From NCBI GenBank assembly GCA_009493715.1, contig VOGC01000009.1:57010-121009 (forward strand): a DNA stretch of 64,000 nt. Direction: 5' to 3'. Under the pieces are notes generated by a model, which saw only the letters and a list, made by a program, of their open reading frames with translations, had not been told where the DNA came from and did not search any database. Made by a program: the position numbers and the translations under genes. The DNA is from Candidatus Weimeria bifida (lineage in GTDB: Bacteria; Bacillota; Clostridia; Lachnospirales; Lachnospiraceae). This document shows, in pieces, positions 50,222-60,845 of this stretch (its first letter is position 1; each line of letters begins with the position of its first letter).

Positions 50222-51913
50222 ATGGGATACAAGGAGAAATACAACGAGTGGCTTGAAAAGCTTCCAGAGGGCAGCGCTCTTCGCGATGAGCTCCTATCTG
50301 TGACAGATGAAGGCGAGATAGAGGAGAGATTTTACAAAGACCTGTCATTTGGAACAGCAGGACTTCGCGGAAAAGTCGGAGCAGGCTCCAATATGATGAA
50401 CGTGATAACTGTCGGGAAGGCCACCCAGGGCATCGCAGATTTTATCGTAAGCCAGGGGGAGGACGCGATGAAGGCTGGGGTCGTAATCGCCCACGACCCG
50501 AGACATTTTTCAAAGGAGTTTTCAGAGCTTGCGGCAGGAATCTTTGCGGCAAACGGCATTAAGGTCTATACATTCCCGGACCTTCGCCCGACACCTGAGC
50601 TTGCTTTTATGATAAGAAAACTGCACACAGTCTCGGGTATAAATATCACAGCTTCGCACAACCCTAAGGAGTACAATGGCTACAAGGCCTACTGGGAAGA
50701 CGGCTGCCAGGTCTCATCAGATATCGCAGATGCGATGACTGACTACATTAATAAGACCGATCAGTGGAACGGCGTAAAGACTGCTGATTACGACGAGATG
50801 GTAAAAGCAGGAAAGATCACAGTTTTAGGACCAGAATACGACAGGATGTACCTTGACAGGATCGAGGCCCTCGCGATCCACAGTGGAGACGAGCTTGACC
50901 TCTCTATCCCGCTCGTCTACACTCCGCTCAATGGCTGCGGATCGATTCCGTTCAGGCAGATGCTTACTGACCGTGGATTTACAAACTGGACTATAGTTCC
51001 AGAGCAGCAGGATCCTGACCCGGATTTTACTACGGTCGGATATCCGAATCCAGAGGATCCGAAGGCGTTTAAACTGAGTGAGAAATACGGACGAGAGAAG
51101 GGCGCAGAGCTTCTTATGGCTACAGATCCGGATTCGGACCGCTTCGCGATAGAGATCAGAAATTCGGACGGAGATTATGTGCCGCTGAATGGAAATCAGA
51201 CCGGGTATCTTCTCGTAAACTATATTCTGGAAGGCCACAAGACCGCAGGCACGCTTCCAGAGAAGGGAGCCATGGTAAAGTCGATTGTTACCTCTACTCT
51301 TTCGACGAGGATGGCAAAAGCTTACGGAGTGGATATGTTCGAGACCCTTACAGGCTTTAAAAATATCTGTGGAAAGATCCCGTATCTCCATGAACACGGT
51401 TACACCTATCTCTTCGGATACGAGGAGTCTGTAGGGTACGCTGCCTGCGAGGACATAAGGGACAAGGACGGCATCTCAGCCGGAATGCTCGTTGCAGAGG
51501 CAGCGGCCTACTACAGGAAGCAGGGAAAAACGCTCTGGGACGTTTTAAACGACATCTATGCGAAGTACGGCTGCTTTGCCGAGGATGAGCCGAACATCAT
51601 ACTTGAGGGCATTGAGGGCTCAGAGAGGATCGGACGCATGATGAAGTGGGTCCGTGAAAATGAGCCGGAAAAGATTGCAGGAAATAAGGTAGAGAAGATA
51701 ATCGACTATATCGACGGATATGAGGACATTCCGCCACAGAACTGTCTCAAATTTTTCCTGGCAGGAGATTCCTGGTTTGCGATCCGTCCGTCGGGCACCG
51801 AGCCGAAGATCAAGTTTTATTTTTACTCATGCCGCAATTCACTGGATGAGGCCCATAAGGCAAATGACGCGATAAAGAACGAGGTCATTGAGACGATCAA
51901 AAAAGTACAGTAA
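50222..51913 (+). CDS. pgm: Phosphoglucomutase/phosphomannomutase
   Basis: FGTAGLRG, phospho-Ser motif TASHNP, metal loop DPDSDR, RPSGTEPKIK. Confidence 0.93.
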   Translation: MGYKEKYNEWLEKLPEGSALRDELLSVTDEGEIEERFYKDLSFGTAGLRGKVGAGSNMMNVITVGKATQGIADFIVSQGEDAMKAGVVIAHDPRHFSKEFSELAAGIFAANGIKVYTFPDLRPTPELAFMIRKLHTVSGINITASHNPKEYNGYKAYWEDGCQVSSDIADAMTDYINKTDQWNGVKTADYDEMVKAGKITVLGPEYDRMYLDRIEALAIHSGDELDLSIPLVYTPLNGCGSIPFRQMLTDRGFTNWTIVPEQQDPDPDFTTVGYPNPEDPKAFKLSEKYGREKGAELLMATDPDSDRFAIEIRNSDGDYVPLNGNQTGYLLVNYILEGHKTAGTLPEKGAMVKSIVTSTLSTRMAKAYGVDMFETLTGFKNICGKIPYLHEHGYTYLFGYEESVGYAACEDIRDKDGISAGMLVAEAAAYYRKQGKTLWDVLNDIYAKYGCFAEDEPNIILEGIEGSERIGRMMKWVRENEPEKIAGNKVEKIIDYIDGYEDIPPQNCLKFFLAGDSWFAIRPSGTEPKIKFYFYSCRNSLDEAHKANDAIKNEVIETIKKVQ

Positions 51914-51943
51914 CTCATAGATACCATAAGGAAGGTGTATTAA

Positions 51944-52561
51944 ATGGATGACATTATCGTTGTAGGAATAGCAGGTGGAACAGGTTCTGGAAAGACTACG
52001 ATCACGCAGACGATCAGGGAGCATTTTGGAAATGAAGTGTCGGTCATTTACCACGACAACTACTACAAGGCCCATCACGACCTCTCGTATGAGGAGAGAT
52101 CGAGGCTCAACTACGACCATCCAAACGCCTTTGACACCGACCTTATGGTAAAGGATTTAACGAAGCTTAAAAACGGCGAGCCAATCGAGTGCCCTGTTTA
52201 CGATTACACGATCCATGACAGGTCCAATACAACTATGACGATACATCCATCGAGTATCATCATAGTAGAGGGCATACTTATTTTTTACGATAAGAGGATA
52301 AGAGACCTCTGCGACATCAAGCTGTTCGTCGATGCCGATGCAGATGTCAGGATCCTGCGCAGGATCAAGCGCGACGTAAAGGAACGTGGCAGGTCACTTG
52401 ATTCTGTGATCGACCAGTATCTTACGACTGTAAAGCCGATGCACGAGGCCTTTGTTGAGCCGACCAAGAAATTTGCCGACATCATAATTCCTGAGGGTGG
52501 CCAGAACAAGGTCGCCATGGAAATGGTAATAAACAGGCTGCAGGCACATCTGAACAGATAA
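51944..52561 (+). CDS. udk: Uridine kinase
   Basis: GIAGGTGSGKTT, NYDHPNAFD and VEGIL. Confidence 0.96.
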   Translation: MDDIIVVGIAGGTGSGKTTITQTIREHFGNEVSVIYHDNYYKAHHDLSYEERSRLNYDHPNAFDTDLMVKDLTKLKNGEPIECPVYDYTIHDRSNTTMTIHPSSIIIVEGILIFYDKRIRDLCDIKLFVDADADVRILRRIKRDVKERGRSLDSVIDQYLTTVKPMHEAFVEPTKKFADIIIPEGGQNKVAMEMVINRLQAHLNR

Positions 52562-52604
52562 AGCGCCTGCTGTAAGTTCATTTTTTTGAGGTATTGATAG
52601 AAAA

Positions 52605-53513
52605 ATGGCACTAGAAACCACTGACCTTTTCAAACAGACTCTTTCGAGGGCGAAGGGCCTTCACCATATGACGGATGAAGAGGTAAAAAAGGTCCAGAAA
52701 GTCGTTTACTCGATCACAAAGGATGTAGCAGAGATATGTGAGGAAAATGACATTCCATATATGTTATCCGGGGGCACCGCGCTCGGAGCTGTAAGGCATG
52801 GGGGATTTATACCCTGGGATGACGACATAGATCTCAATATTTACCGGAAGGACATAGACAGGCTGGCCGATCTGATCGAAGAAAAATATCCGGACAAATA
52901 CTATGTAGTAGTGCCGCTTCGGACGCCGGGCTACTACAGTTCATTTGTGCAGGTGCAGCTTAAAGGTACGACTTTCAGGGAGTATCTCTGGCAGGAAGAC
53001 GGAAAGTGCGGCATCAAGATAGACCTCTGGATTTTGGAAAATGACTACGACAATCCGATAAAGCGCCGCTTCCAGGGCCTGCTCTGCGACGGAGGGTCGT
53101 TTATCCTGTCATGTATCAGGATGCACAGGGAGAAAAAGGAAGTCCTTTCCCTTGCCGAGGGCAACAAAAAAGGCCAGCGGCTTATAAAGATAAAATCAGC
53201 TATCGGAGCGCTTCCGTCGCTTTCACGGTGGTGGTGGTACAGGCGCGTCCAGCACTGGTTTTCAATGTGCCATGACGAACATTCGAAATACATTTCGATT
53301 CCGGGCGGACGCAAGCATTTTTTCGGAGAGATGTATGAGAGGGCAAAATTTTCGGATACGGTGAAGATGAAGTTTGAGGACTCGTATTTCCCTGTAACTA
53401 AAGACTATGACCACTATTTTCATGTGCTCTATCCGGGAGATTACATGCAGCTTCCGCCGCCTGAGAAGCGGGAGGAACATGTACTCTATGAACTCAAATT
53501 CAAAGATGACTGA
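52605..53513 (+). CDS. licD: LicD-family nucleotidyl/phosphotransferase
   Basis: LSGGTALGAVRHGGFIPWDDDIDL. Confidence 0.9.
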   Translation: MALETTDLFKQTLSRAKGLHHMTDEEVKKVQKVVYSITKDVAEICEENDIPYMLSGGTALGAVRHGGFIPWDDDIDLNIYRKDIDRLADLIEEKYPDKYYVVVPLRTPGYYSSFVQVQLKGTTFREYLWQEDGKCGIKIDLWILENDYDNPIKRRFQGLLCDGGSFILSCIRMHREKKEVLSLAEGNKKGQRLIKIKSAIGALPSLSRWWWYRRVQHWFSMCHDEHSKYISIPGGRKHFFGEMYERAKFSDTVKMKFEDSYFPVTKDYDHYFHVLYPGDYMQLPPPEKREEHVLYELKFKDD

Positions 53514-53637
53514 CCGGGAAAACAGTCCTTTTCAGAAAAAACTGGAAAAAATTTGACAAATCATTTATAATAACTTGTAAATTTTGGTAAAATCCAGATT
53601 AAATATATATTAAAAATCAGACAGGAGTTATTTTTTC

Positions 53638-55365
53638 ATGGAAGAACACAGTGGTATTATAGTAGATGACCTGTATTTTGCAAGGGTGCTGCTTCATGTA
53701 AGGGGGCATATCACCGAGGATGTCGGGGAACTTTCGAAGGCAAGCATTTACATCAAGGATTCATTCCAGGGAAAGCTTGTGCCTTCGCACCTCGATTTCG
53801 ACAGAAAAAACAGGACTTTCCACATAGTTTATCATGTGCTCGCCGCAAATGCGGATTACCCGATAGAGACAGGAGACTATTATCTCAGATTAAAAAACCA
53901 TGGAAAAAGGTATTACTCCTACCTGACAGAGAGCCTCAGAGAGACCGAGAAGGACGGAAAGCTTAAGTACATTCCGACCGAGGAGGAGTTCAGGACAGGT
54001 GACTACGATCCGGCACCGTATGAATTTGAGCTCACGAAGAATACGGCAAAGCACGGCACTGAGACCTTTAATATGTACTCTATGATGGATCTCGATGAGG
54101 ATACGCTCTATTTCCGTGTGATCTATATACCTCTGCTTGAAGATATGGGAATTCTCTACAACACAAAGCAGAGATTTATCGAGTGGAAAACGAATATGAG
54201 AAAGGCCTTCAATCCTTTCAAAGAGAGTATCCTGATTAAATATTTTAACAGATGCCAGAAAAAGAGAAAGCAGCTGAGAGAAGCAGGTGCGAAGCCTACG
54301 ATCCTCTTTGCCTCGGGCTCCCGTGCGACGATAAGCGGAAACGAGGGCTTTATCTACGACAGGATGAAGGAGAGAGATCTCCTGAAAAACTACAATGTCC
54401 TGTTCAATTTCAAGGAAAATATCAATCTCCGCTATGGTGCCTTAGGCTCGTTTAAATTTACAAAGCAGCTCGCAATGAGCGATATTATCCTGATCGATGA
54501 CTTCCTTCCTTTCGTTTACAAATTCGACTATCCGAAGGATGTGAAGTTCGTTCAGGTATGGCACGCCTGCGGCGCATTCAAGACTGTAGGACTTGAGCGT
54601 GAGGGAAAGCCGGGAGCACCAAAGACGAATACCAGAGTCCACAAGTGCTACACACATATGCCGGTAAGCTCGGAGCACTCGGGCAGACACAATGCCGAGG
54701 CTTTCGGTCTTCCAGAGAAGGTTTTCCTCCCGATAGGTGTACCGAGGACGGATATATTTTTCGACGAAGAATATAAGAAAAATATGGTCGATAAGCTCAG
54801 GAATGAGTTCCCTATCATAAAACAGCGCAATAAGGTCTATCTCTATGCACCGACTTTCCGCGGCAGGAACGCACACGATGCCCGCTTCCCTATGGAGAGG
54901 ATTGACTGGAAAAAATGGGGAGCATTTTTAAAGGAGAGAAATGAGCTTCTGATCGTAAAAATGCATCCATTCGTTACCAGAGAAATCCCTATTCCGGAGG
55001 AGTACAAGGAATACATCCTCGACTTTTCGAAGTACAGAGAGGTAAACGATATCCTCTTTATCGCTGATGTCATGATAACCGACTACTCGTCGGTAATGTA
55101 TGAGTATTCGCTTCTCAGAAGACCGATGTATTTCTTCGCTTTCGACCAGAGAATGTATGAGAACAGCAGAGATTTCTATGAGCCTTACGAGCAGACCGTC
55201 CCTTCGACCTCTGTTATCTATAAGACTTTCCCCGCACTTTTACACGCTCTCGAGAATACTGACGATTACGACTACGATGCTCTCGACAGGTTCGTAAAGA
55301 AGAACTTCAAATACACAGACGGGAAGTCCACAGACAGATTTATCGATCAGGTCATTTTAAAATAA
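53638..55365 (+). CDS. CDP-glycerol/ribitol glycerophosphotransferase (TagB/TagF family) with an N-terminal extension
   Basis: QVWHACGAFK, GVPRTD, YAPTFRG, KMHPF and ITDYSSV. Confidence 0.9.
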   Translation: MEEHSGIIVDDLYFARVLLHVRGHITEDVGELSKASIYIKDSFQGKLVPSHLDFDRKNRTFHIVYHVLAANADYPIETGDYYLRLKNHGKRYYSYLTESLRETEKDGKLKYIPTEEEFRTGDYDPAPYEFELTKNTAKHGTETFNMYSMMDLDEDTLYFRVIYIPLLEDMGILYNTKQRFIEWKTNMRKAFNPFKESILIKYFNRCQKKRKQLREAGAKPTILFASGSRATISGNEGFIYDRMKERDLLKNYNVLFNFKENINLRYGALGSFKFTKQLAMSDIILIDDFLPFVYKFDYPKDVKFVQVWHACGAFKTVGLEREGKPGAPKTNTRVHKCYTHMPVSSEHSGRHNAEAFGLPEKVFLPIGVPRTDIFFDEEYKKNMVDKLRNEFPIIKQRNKVYLYAPTFRGRNAHDARFPMERIDWKKWGAFLKERNELLIVKMHPFVTREIPIPEEYKEYILDFSKYREVNDILFIADVMITDYSSVMYEYSLLRRPMYFFAFDQRMYENSRDFYEPYEQTVPSTSVIYKTFPALLHALENTDDYDYDALDRFVKKNFKYTDGKSTDRFIDQVILK

Positions 55366-55372
55366 AAAGCCG

Positions 55373-55401
55373 TTGACAGATTGCTGAAAAAGTAGTAAAG
55401 T
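55373..55401 (+). promoter_or_regulatory. Sigma-A promoter of rplM-rpsI
   Basis: TTGACA-N17-TAAAGT. Confidence 0.65.
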
Positions 55402-55419
55402 ATTAAGGCTGATGTAATC

Positions 55420-55500
55420 AAAAGGAGTCCCATTAGCCCCGGGATGACTTTTCATCAATATTAGTTTTTCAGCTGCGTCCGGACATGCGCAGAGGAGAAG
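55420..55500 (+). ncRNA. Probable L13 leader RNA
   Basis: Hairpin agtcc-cattagccccgg-gatgact in the rplM 5'UTR; recalled resemblance to the L13 leader, not checked with a covariance model. Confidence 0.45.
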
Positions 55501-55527
55501 CGACATATTTTTTTGGAGGATATACTA

Positions 55528-55959
55528 ATGAACACCACTTATATGCCAAACCCGTCTAAGGTTGAGCGCAAATGGTATGTTGTCGATGCCGATGGCCAGA
55601 CACTTGGACGTCTTGCATCAAATGTAGCCAATGTTTTACGCGGTAAGAACAAGCCGATCTTCACTCCTCACGAGGATTGCGGAGACTACGTTATCGTTGT
55701 AAACGCTGAGAAGATCAAGGTTACAGGTAAGAAGCTTGACGCTAAGCATTATTATCATCATTCAGATTTCGTAGGCGGACTCAGTGATACAACTCTCCGT
55801 GAGATGATTGCCAAGCATCCTGATCGTGTTATTGAAAATGCAGTTAAGGGAATGCTTCCGAAGGGCGCTCTTGGAAATCAGATGTACAAGAAGCTTTTCG
55901 TTTACGCAGGACCGGATCACAAGCATGCAGCCCAGAAGCCTGAGCAGCTTACATTCTAA
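55528..55959 (+). CDS. rplM: 50S ribosomal protein L13
   Basis: [20 protein letters not shown] and KGMLPK. Confidence 0.99.
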   Translation: MNTTYMPNPSKVERKWYVVDADGQTLGRLASNVANVLRGKNKPIFTPHEDCGDYVIVVNAEKIKVTGKKLDAKHYYHHSDFVGGLSDTTLREMIAKHPDRVIENAVKGMLPKGALGNQMYKKLFVYAGPDHKHAAQKPEQLTF

Positions 55960-55971
55960 TCGGAGGATATT

Positions 55972-56364
55972 ATGGCAACAGCTAAATATTACGGAACAGG
56001 AAGAAGAAAGTCTTCTGTAGCCAGAGTTTACCTTGTACCTGGCACTGGAAAGATCACTATAAATAAAGAGGACATCGATAAGTATTTCGGACTTGAGACA
56101 CTTAAGGTTATCGTTCGTCAGCCTCTCGAGCTTACAGGCACTCTTGATAAGTTCGACGTTTTAGTAAATGTCAAGGGCGGCGGCTACACAGGTCAGGCTG
56201 GAGCTATCCGTCACGGCATCTCACGTGCTCTTCTTACGGTTGATGAAGAGTATCGTCCAGCTTTAAAGAAGGCTGGATTCCTTTCACGTGACCCACGTAT
56301 GAAGGAAAGAAAGAAGTACGGCTTAAAGAAAGCCCGCCGTGCTCCACAGTTCTCAAAGAGATAA
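55972..56364 (+). CDS. rpsI: 30S ribosomal protein S9
   Basis: YGTGRRKSS...[19 protein letters not shown]. Confidence 0.99.
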   Translation: MATAKYYGTGRRKSSVARVYLVPGTGKITINKEDIDKYFGLETLKVIVRQPLELTGTLDKFDVLVNVKGGGYTGQAGAIRHGISRALLTVDEEYRPALKKAGFLSRDPRMKERKKYGLKKARRAPQFSKR

Positions 56365-56391
56365 TTTTCCAGAATATCTGGAATCCTTTTG

Positions 56392-56428
56392 GAAGTCTCG
56401 GAAACCATTGGTTTCCGGGGCTTTTTTC
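56392..56428 (+). terminator. Intrinsic terminator after rpsI
   Basis: aagtctcggaaacc-attg-gtttccggggctt plus T tract. Confidence 0.75.
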
Positions 56429-56534
56429 TTATACAAAAAATAGTGAATTTCTTTTCTGATTATGATATAGTTTTGATAGTACTTAGCTGAGTACATATAG
56501 AGGCTCATTTGGCATTTTTAGAAAGGCGAAGACG

Positions 56535-58487
56535 ATGGAGCGGGTCAGAAAATTTTTTAAGCGCACAGCTTATGCAGCACTTGCTGCTGCACTGATGTTT
56601 ATCGCATTATTTGTGTACCTGGAGAGCAGTAAAACGACAGCAGAAGCAGAAGAAGAACCATCTGCTTATGCTTTAAAAATAGCGTATGTGACTGATGCCA
56701 ACGGCTGCATGCATGTTTTTAACACGGATCAGACAAAACCATCTGCTGATGGAAGTATCAAAAGTATCCACAATAATACCTATAAACCGAAAGATAACAG
56801 TAAAACATATGCATATATCACATCACGTGGCGATTTGAGCAACTGTGATTTCAGCAGTATTGGACATGGCAAATATACTGAAGATTCTAATCCTGATAAG
56901 AACGGCTATTTTGAAGTGAAGTCAGTTGATATTGAGGCTGACACAACGGCTGTCAGCGACATGGACCGGGCTTTTGGGTGGTTACAGAATGTAAAAAAGA
57001 TCAATACCGAAAATCTAAATACTGATAATGTGACCAATATGGAGGATATGTTTTACAGATGCATGAGTCTTGTCTCTCTTGATTTAAGTAATTTCAGGAC
57101 AAGTAAGGTAACTGAAATGGGAGGAATGTTCGGATTCTGCAAAAATCTTACTTCGCTGAATGTTTTCAATTTCGATACAAGTCAGGTAAGAAACATGAGT
57201 TGTATGTTTGAATATTGTGAAAAACTTACGTCTCTTAACCTGGATAGTTTTTATACAGCTGTGCTGCAACTCCCTCACTTCTCTTGATTTGAGCAGCTTT
57301 GATACCGGAAATGTGACAGATATGAGTAAGATGTTTTTGAAATGTGAAGGACTTAAACAGCTTGATTTAAGTGGATTTAATACAAGCAGGGTGACCGATA
57401 TGGAAAAAATGTTCTATTACTGCAGTGCCTTCACTTCTCTTGATTTGAGCAGCTTCAATACTGAAAATGTGACAGAAATGGGCAGCATGTTTGAAGGCTG
57501 TACAGAACTCACTACACTTGATGTAAGCCATTTTAATACAAGCAAAGTAACAGATATGCAATCTATATTTAAAGATTGCTGGTCGCTTGCACAGGTGGCT
57601 CTCTCAGAAAACGGGTACGCAAAGTTTGCTGCTGAGCTTCCAACACCGACAATAACAATTAATGGTAAAGAGTCAGATGGAAAATGGGGTCTTGATGGAG
57701 AAACAGTATCAAAAGAATACGCAGCGAAAGACATTCCGTCTGCCGGTAAGTGGTATGCACAGACAGTAGAGAGACCGGCTCAGCCGACAAAACCGACACA
57801 GCCGACAGAACCGACAAAACCAACGCAGCCGACACAGCCAGCAAAACCAACGCAGCCGACAAAACCGACGCAGCCGACACAGCCAGCAAAACCAACGCAG
57901 CCGACACAGCCAACTAAACCAAAAAATCCAGCACAGCCTGCAAAGCCGACTGCGAAGAAGACTACTCCAACCAGAAAATCAGAAAAGACAATTACTGGAA
58001 AGCTTGTCAAAAAAGGAAAGAAGACCATGATCGTTGACAAGAAGACCAGGAAGGCTATAAAGAACAAAATCGTAAAAGTCGGTAAGAAGTATTACTACGC
58101 TGACAAGAATGGCCGGGTAGTCAACAAAATCAAGGTCGTAAAGGTCGGGAAGACTACTTATATTACAAAGAAGAATGGCCAGATTTATACTAACACGACC
58201 ATTAAGGTGGGAAAGACAAAATACAGGATTTCTAAGAACGGTAAGGCCACAAAAATTACTAAGCCGACAAAAGTTAAAAAAATAAAGAAGGCCGCAAAGA
58301 AATCTAAAAAGGTCAATAATTCGAAAAATCAGCCAGTAAATCGAAAAAGACGTCTAAGAAACCTAAGAAGTCAAAATCGAGGAATGCTAAAAAGCCGAAG
58401 AAATCAACAAAGAAGACAGACAAAAAAACTAAAAAATCAAAAAAGATAAAAAAGTCAAAAAAGACGGTCAAGGCGGCTAAAAAGTGA
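56535..58487 (+). pseudogene. BspA/DUF285 leucine-rich-repeat surface protein, interrupted by two frameshifts
   Basis: Signal peptide; 26-aa repeats (LTSLDLSSFNTENVTEMGSMFEGC); PTQ/PTK linker; YYADKNG-type wall-binding repeats; lesions near 57262 and 58324-58328. Confidence 0.8.
57775..57951 (+). repeat. 9-nt coding tandem repeat encoding a (P-T/A-Q/K/E)n linker
   Basis: About 19 units such as ccgacacag, ccgacaaaa, ccaacgcag and ccagcaaaa. Confidence 0.9.
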
Positions 58488-58501
58488 AGAAAACTACTAA
58501 G

Positions 58502-59170
58502 CTATTCTTTCAAAAAATACCCGAGTCCGCGCTTTGTCTTCAGTGTGACTTTCGAGCCTGCTGCTTTCAGCTTGTTCCTGACATACGAAATGTACACGAA
58601 TACGACTCTGTCGTCGGTATCGGAATCGAGGCCCCAGATCTTTTCCATGAAGGTGTCCTGATTGATGAAGGTGTCGTGGTTTAACATCAGCATCTCGAGC
58701 ATCTGGAATTCCTTTGATGAGAGTTCCTCAGAACCTTTAGGACCGTTCAGAACGCTCTTCTTGCGGTCTAAGGTGATGTCACCGAAGGAGAGGTCGACTT
58801 CCTTCGTCTCGGCTGTGCGGCGTGTGATGCTGCGGAGGCGGGCGAGAAGCTCCTTCATAGCAAATGGCTTCGGCAGATAGTCGTCGGCGCCTGCGTCGAG
58901 CCCTTCAACTCTGTCGTCAATCTCTGACTTTGCGGTCAGAAGCAGGACGGGGAGAGTGGAGCCTTCGGCGCGGATTTTTTTAAGGACTTCAAGGCCGCTC
59001 ATGCCTGGCATCATGATGTCTAAGATCGCGGCGTCGTAAGATGCGCCGGTCAGATAGTCGTAGGCGTCGTCTCCATTGTTCACGATATCGACCGAATAGT
59101 TGTTTTTCTTCAGGACAGCAGCGACCGGTTCGGTAAGCTCCTCCTCGTCATCTGCTAAAAGTATTCGCAT
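58502..59170 (-). CDS. OmpR/PhoB-family response regulator
   Basis: ILLADDE, ILDIMMP, LLTAK, GADDYLPKPF and TKRGLGY. Confidence 0.96.
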   Translation of the reverse strand: MRILLADDEEELTEPVAAVLKKNNYSVDIVNNGDDAYDYLTGASYDAAILDIMMPGMSGLEVLKKIRAEGSTLPVLLLTAKSEIDDRVEGLDAGADDYLPKPFAMKELLARLRSITRRTAETKEVDLSFGDITLDRKKSVLNGPKGSEELSSKEFQMLEMLMLNHDTFINQDTFMEKIWGLDSDTDDRVVFVYISYVRNKLKAAGSKVTLKTKRGLGYFLKE

Positions 59171-59195
59171 AGCGTAATCCTTCTCAAAAATTTTA

Positions 59196-60542
59196 TCAAA
59201 GTGTCAGCCTTATTTCGAAGCTCTTCCCATCCTTTGAAAATGCGTGCGCCTCGCCCTTGTGGAATCTGACGATCTCGGCAACGACTGCGAGTCCGATTCC
59301 ACTTCCACCGGTCTTTCGGATGCGGGACTTGTCAAAACGCGCGAAGCGGTCGAAAAGATTATCGAGAGAGCCTGGTGTTATCGCCTCACAAGGGTTTGAA
59401 ACTGTAAGCGTGTAACCGTGACGCTTTAATTTCGTGGCTTTATACGGCTTTCCTTTAAGGCACACAGACACATCGCCAGTGGCGTATTTCATTGCGTTGT
59501 CAAAAATCATAGAGAGGCAGCGGGCCATATTTTCGCGGCTTCCATAGTATGGAAGAAAGTCGGGTACATCTAAGGAGATGTGCTTCCCCTGGTATTCACC
59601 TGCGGTATTTTTTACAAGCTCAGCGAGGTCGAAGCCTGAAAGCTCTGTCCTCCCGCCAGCCTCGTCCATTCTGGCAAGAAGCACTAATTTTTCAGTGAGA
59701 GAAGTAAGGCGGGTGATCTGATTCTTTATGTTTGTGAGCCATTTGCTCCCGCCGTTTTCCATCTCGATGACTTCGGCATTCGACGAGATGATAGCGAGTG
59801 GAGTCTTGATCTCGTGGCTCGCATCGGTAATAAACATCTTCTGCTTCTGAAAAGCAGCTTCGGCCGGTGCCATCGCAAGCTTTGTCAAAAATTTCATCAG
59901 GATAAAAATGGCAAAAACCCCGATAACTCCTACGAGCATCGATGCCCTGAGAAAATTTCTGACGGAGGCCGCGTCTCTTTCTACATTTAAAAAAATGATC
60001 AGATAGTGGCTTGAATCAGTCTGTGTCAGCCTGTAGCGGTAAGCTCCCATGCCTCCGGTACTTTTCCCGCTGGATACAGCTTCTGATATCATATTCTCGG
60101 CCTCGGATGTGCTGATGCTTGCGATATCGGTCATATTGGTCGAGATGATCTGCTTCCTGCTGTCGAGCTGCGCGGAGAAATATCTGGTGTCATACAAAGC
60201 TTCACTCATCTGATTTCCGGAAGGTCCGTCAGGCATGCTGCCGCCGTTTGAACTGCCCTGTTTGTCAGAACTGCTTCCGGAGTTATCAGAACCGGCACCG
60301 CCGCTGGCAGGATTCTTTCCAGCATCAGAAGATGATGCAGCGGGCTTTGGCGGGGGAGTTGTCCCGTCCCTCATATCTTCGAGATTGCCGCCCGACGCCT
60401 GGATCATATCGATCCTGCTGTCGCAGTCCTGTATGTAACTGCGGTAATTCAGGGCGTTTATCGCCACGATTATCAGAAGCATTACAATGATTACTGAAGT
60501 CATTGCCACGCGGATGAATTTTTTCCTCAATGATCTTAACAT
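59196..60542 (-). CDS. Sensor histidine kinase
   Basis: Two TM helices, H-box DASHEIKTPL, N-box FDNAMKY, G-box GGSGIGL. Confidence 0.94.
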   Translation of the reverse strand: MLRSLRKKFIRVAMTSVIIVMLLIIVAINALNYRSYIQDCDSRIDMIQASGGNLEDMRDGTTPPPKPAASSSDAGKNPASGGAGSDNSGSSSDKQGSSNGGSMPDGPSGNQMSEALYDTRYFSAQLDSRKQIISTNMTDIASISTSEAENMISEAVSSGKSTGGMGAYRYRLTQTDSSHYLIIFLNVERDAASVRNFLRASMLVGVIGVFAIFILMKFLTKLAMAPAEAAFQKQKMFITDASHEIKTPLAIISSNAEVIEMENGGSKWLTNIKNQITRLTSLTEKLVLLARMDEAGGRTELSGFDLAELVKNTAGEYQGKHISLDVPDFLPYYGSRENMARCLSMIFDNAMKYATGDVSVCLKGKPYKATKLKRHGYTLTVSNPCEAITPGSLDNLFDRFARFDKSRIRKTGGSGIGLAVVAEIVRFHKGEAHAFSKDGKSFEIRLTL

Positions 60543-60716
60543 GAAAAAAGTATAGCATAATATGATTGACAAATCTATATTGAGGTAGTATAATCAAGAG
60601 CATAAAAGAACATTAGTTCGAATTACGGTGCAGCTATCATTATATTTTTATTAAATCCGAAAGTTTTTTAAAAAGGACTTTCATTTTACTCCCGGATGTA
60701 TTATTATATTAGAGCA

Positions 60717-60764
60717 ACACTATATGTAGTATTTTTTATTGAGAAACACCTCTAGAGATAGTTG
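60717..60764 (+). promoter_or_regulatory. Tandem NrdR boxes
   Basis: ACACTATATGTAGTAT (60717-60732) and CCTCTAGAGATAGTTG (60749-60764), 32 bp apart, versus consensus acaCwAtATaTwGtgt; upstream of nrdD. Confidence 0.7.
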
Positions 60765-60845
60765 TTTTAAGATTCCACCAGCTTGAAGGGGATACAGGGC
60801 CGGGCGGCTGGTACAGATTTGATTTTAAGGAAAGAAGGTTTTTAG

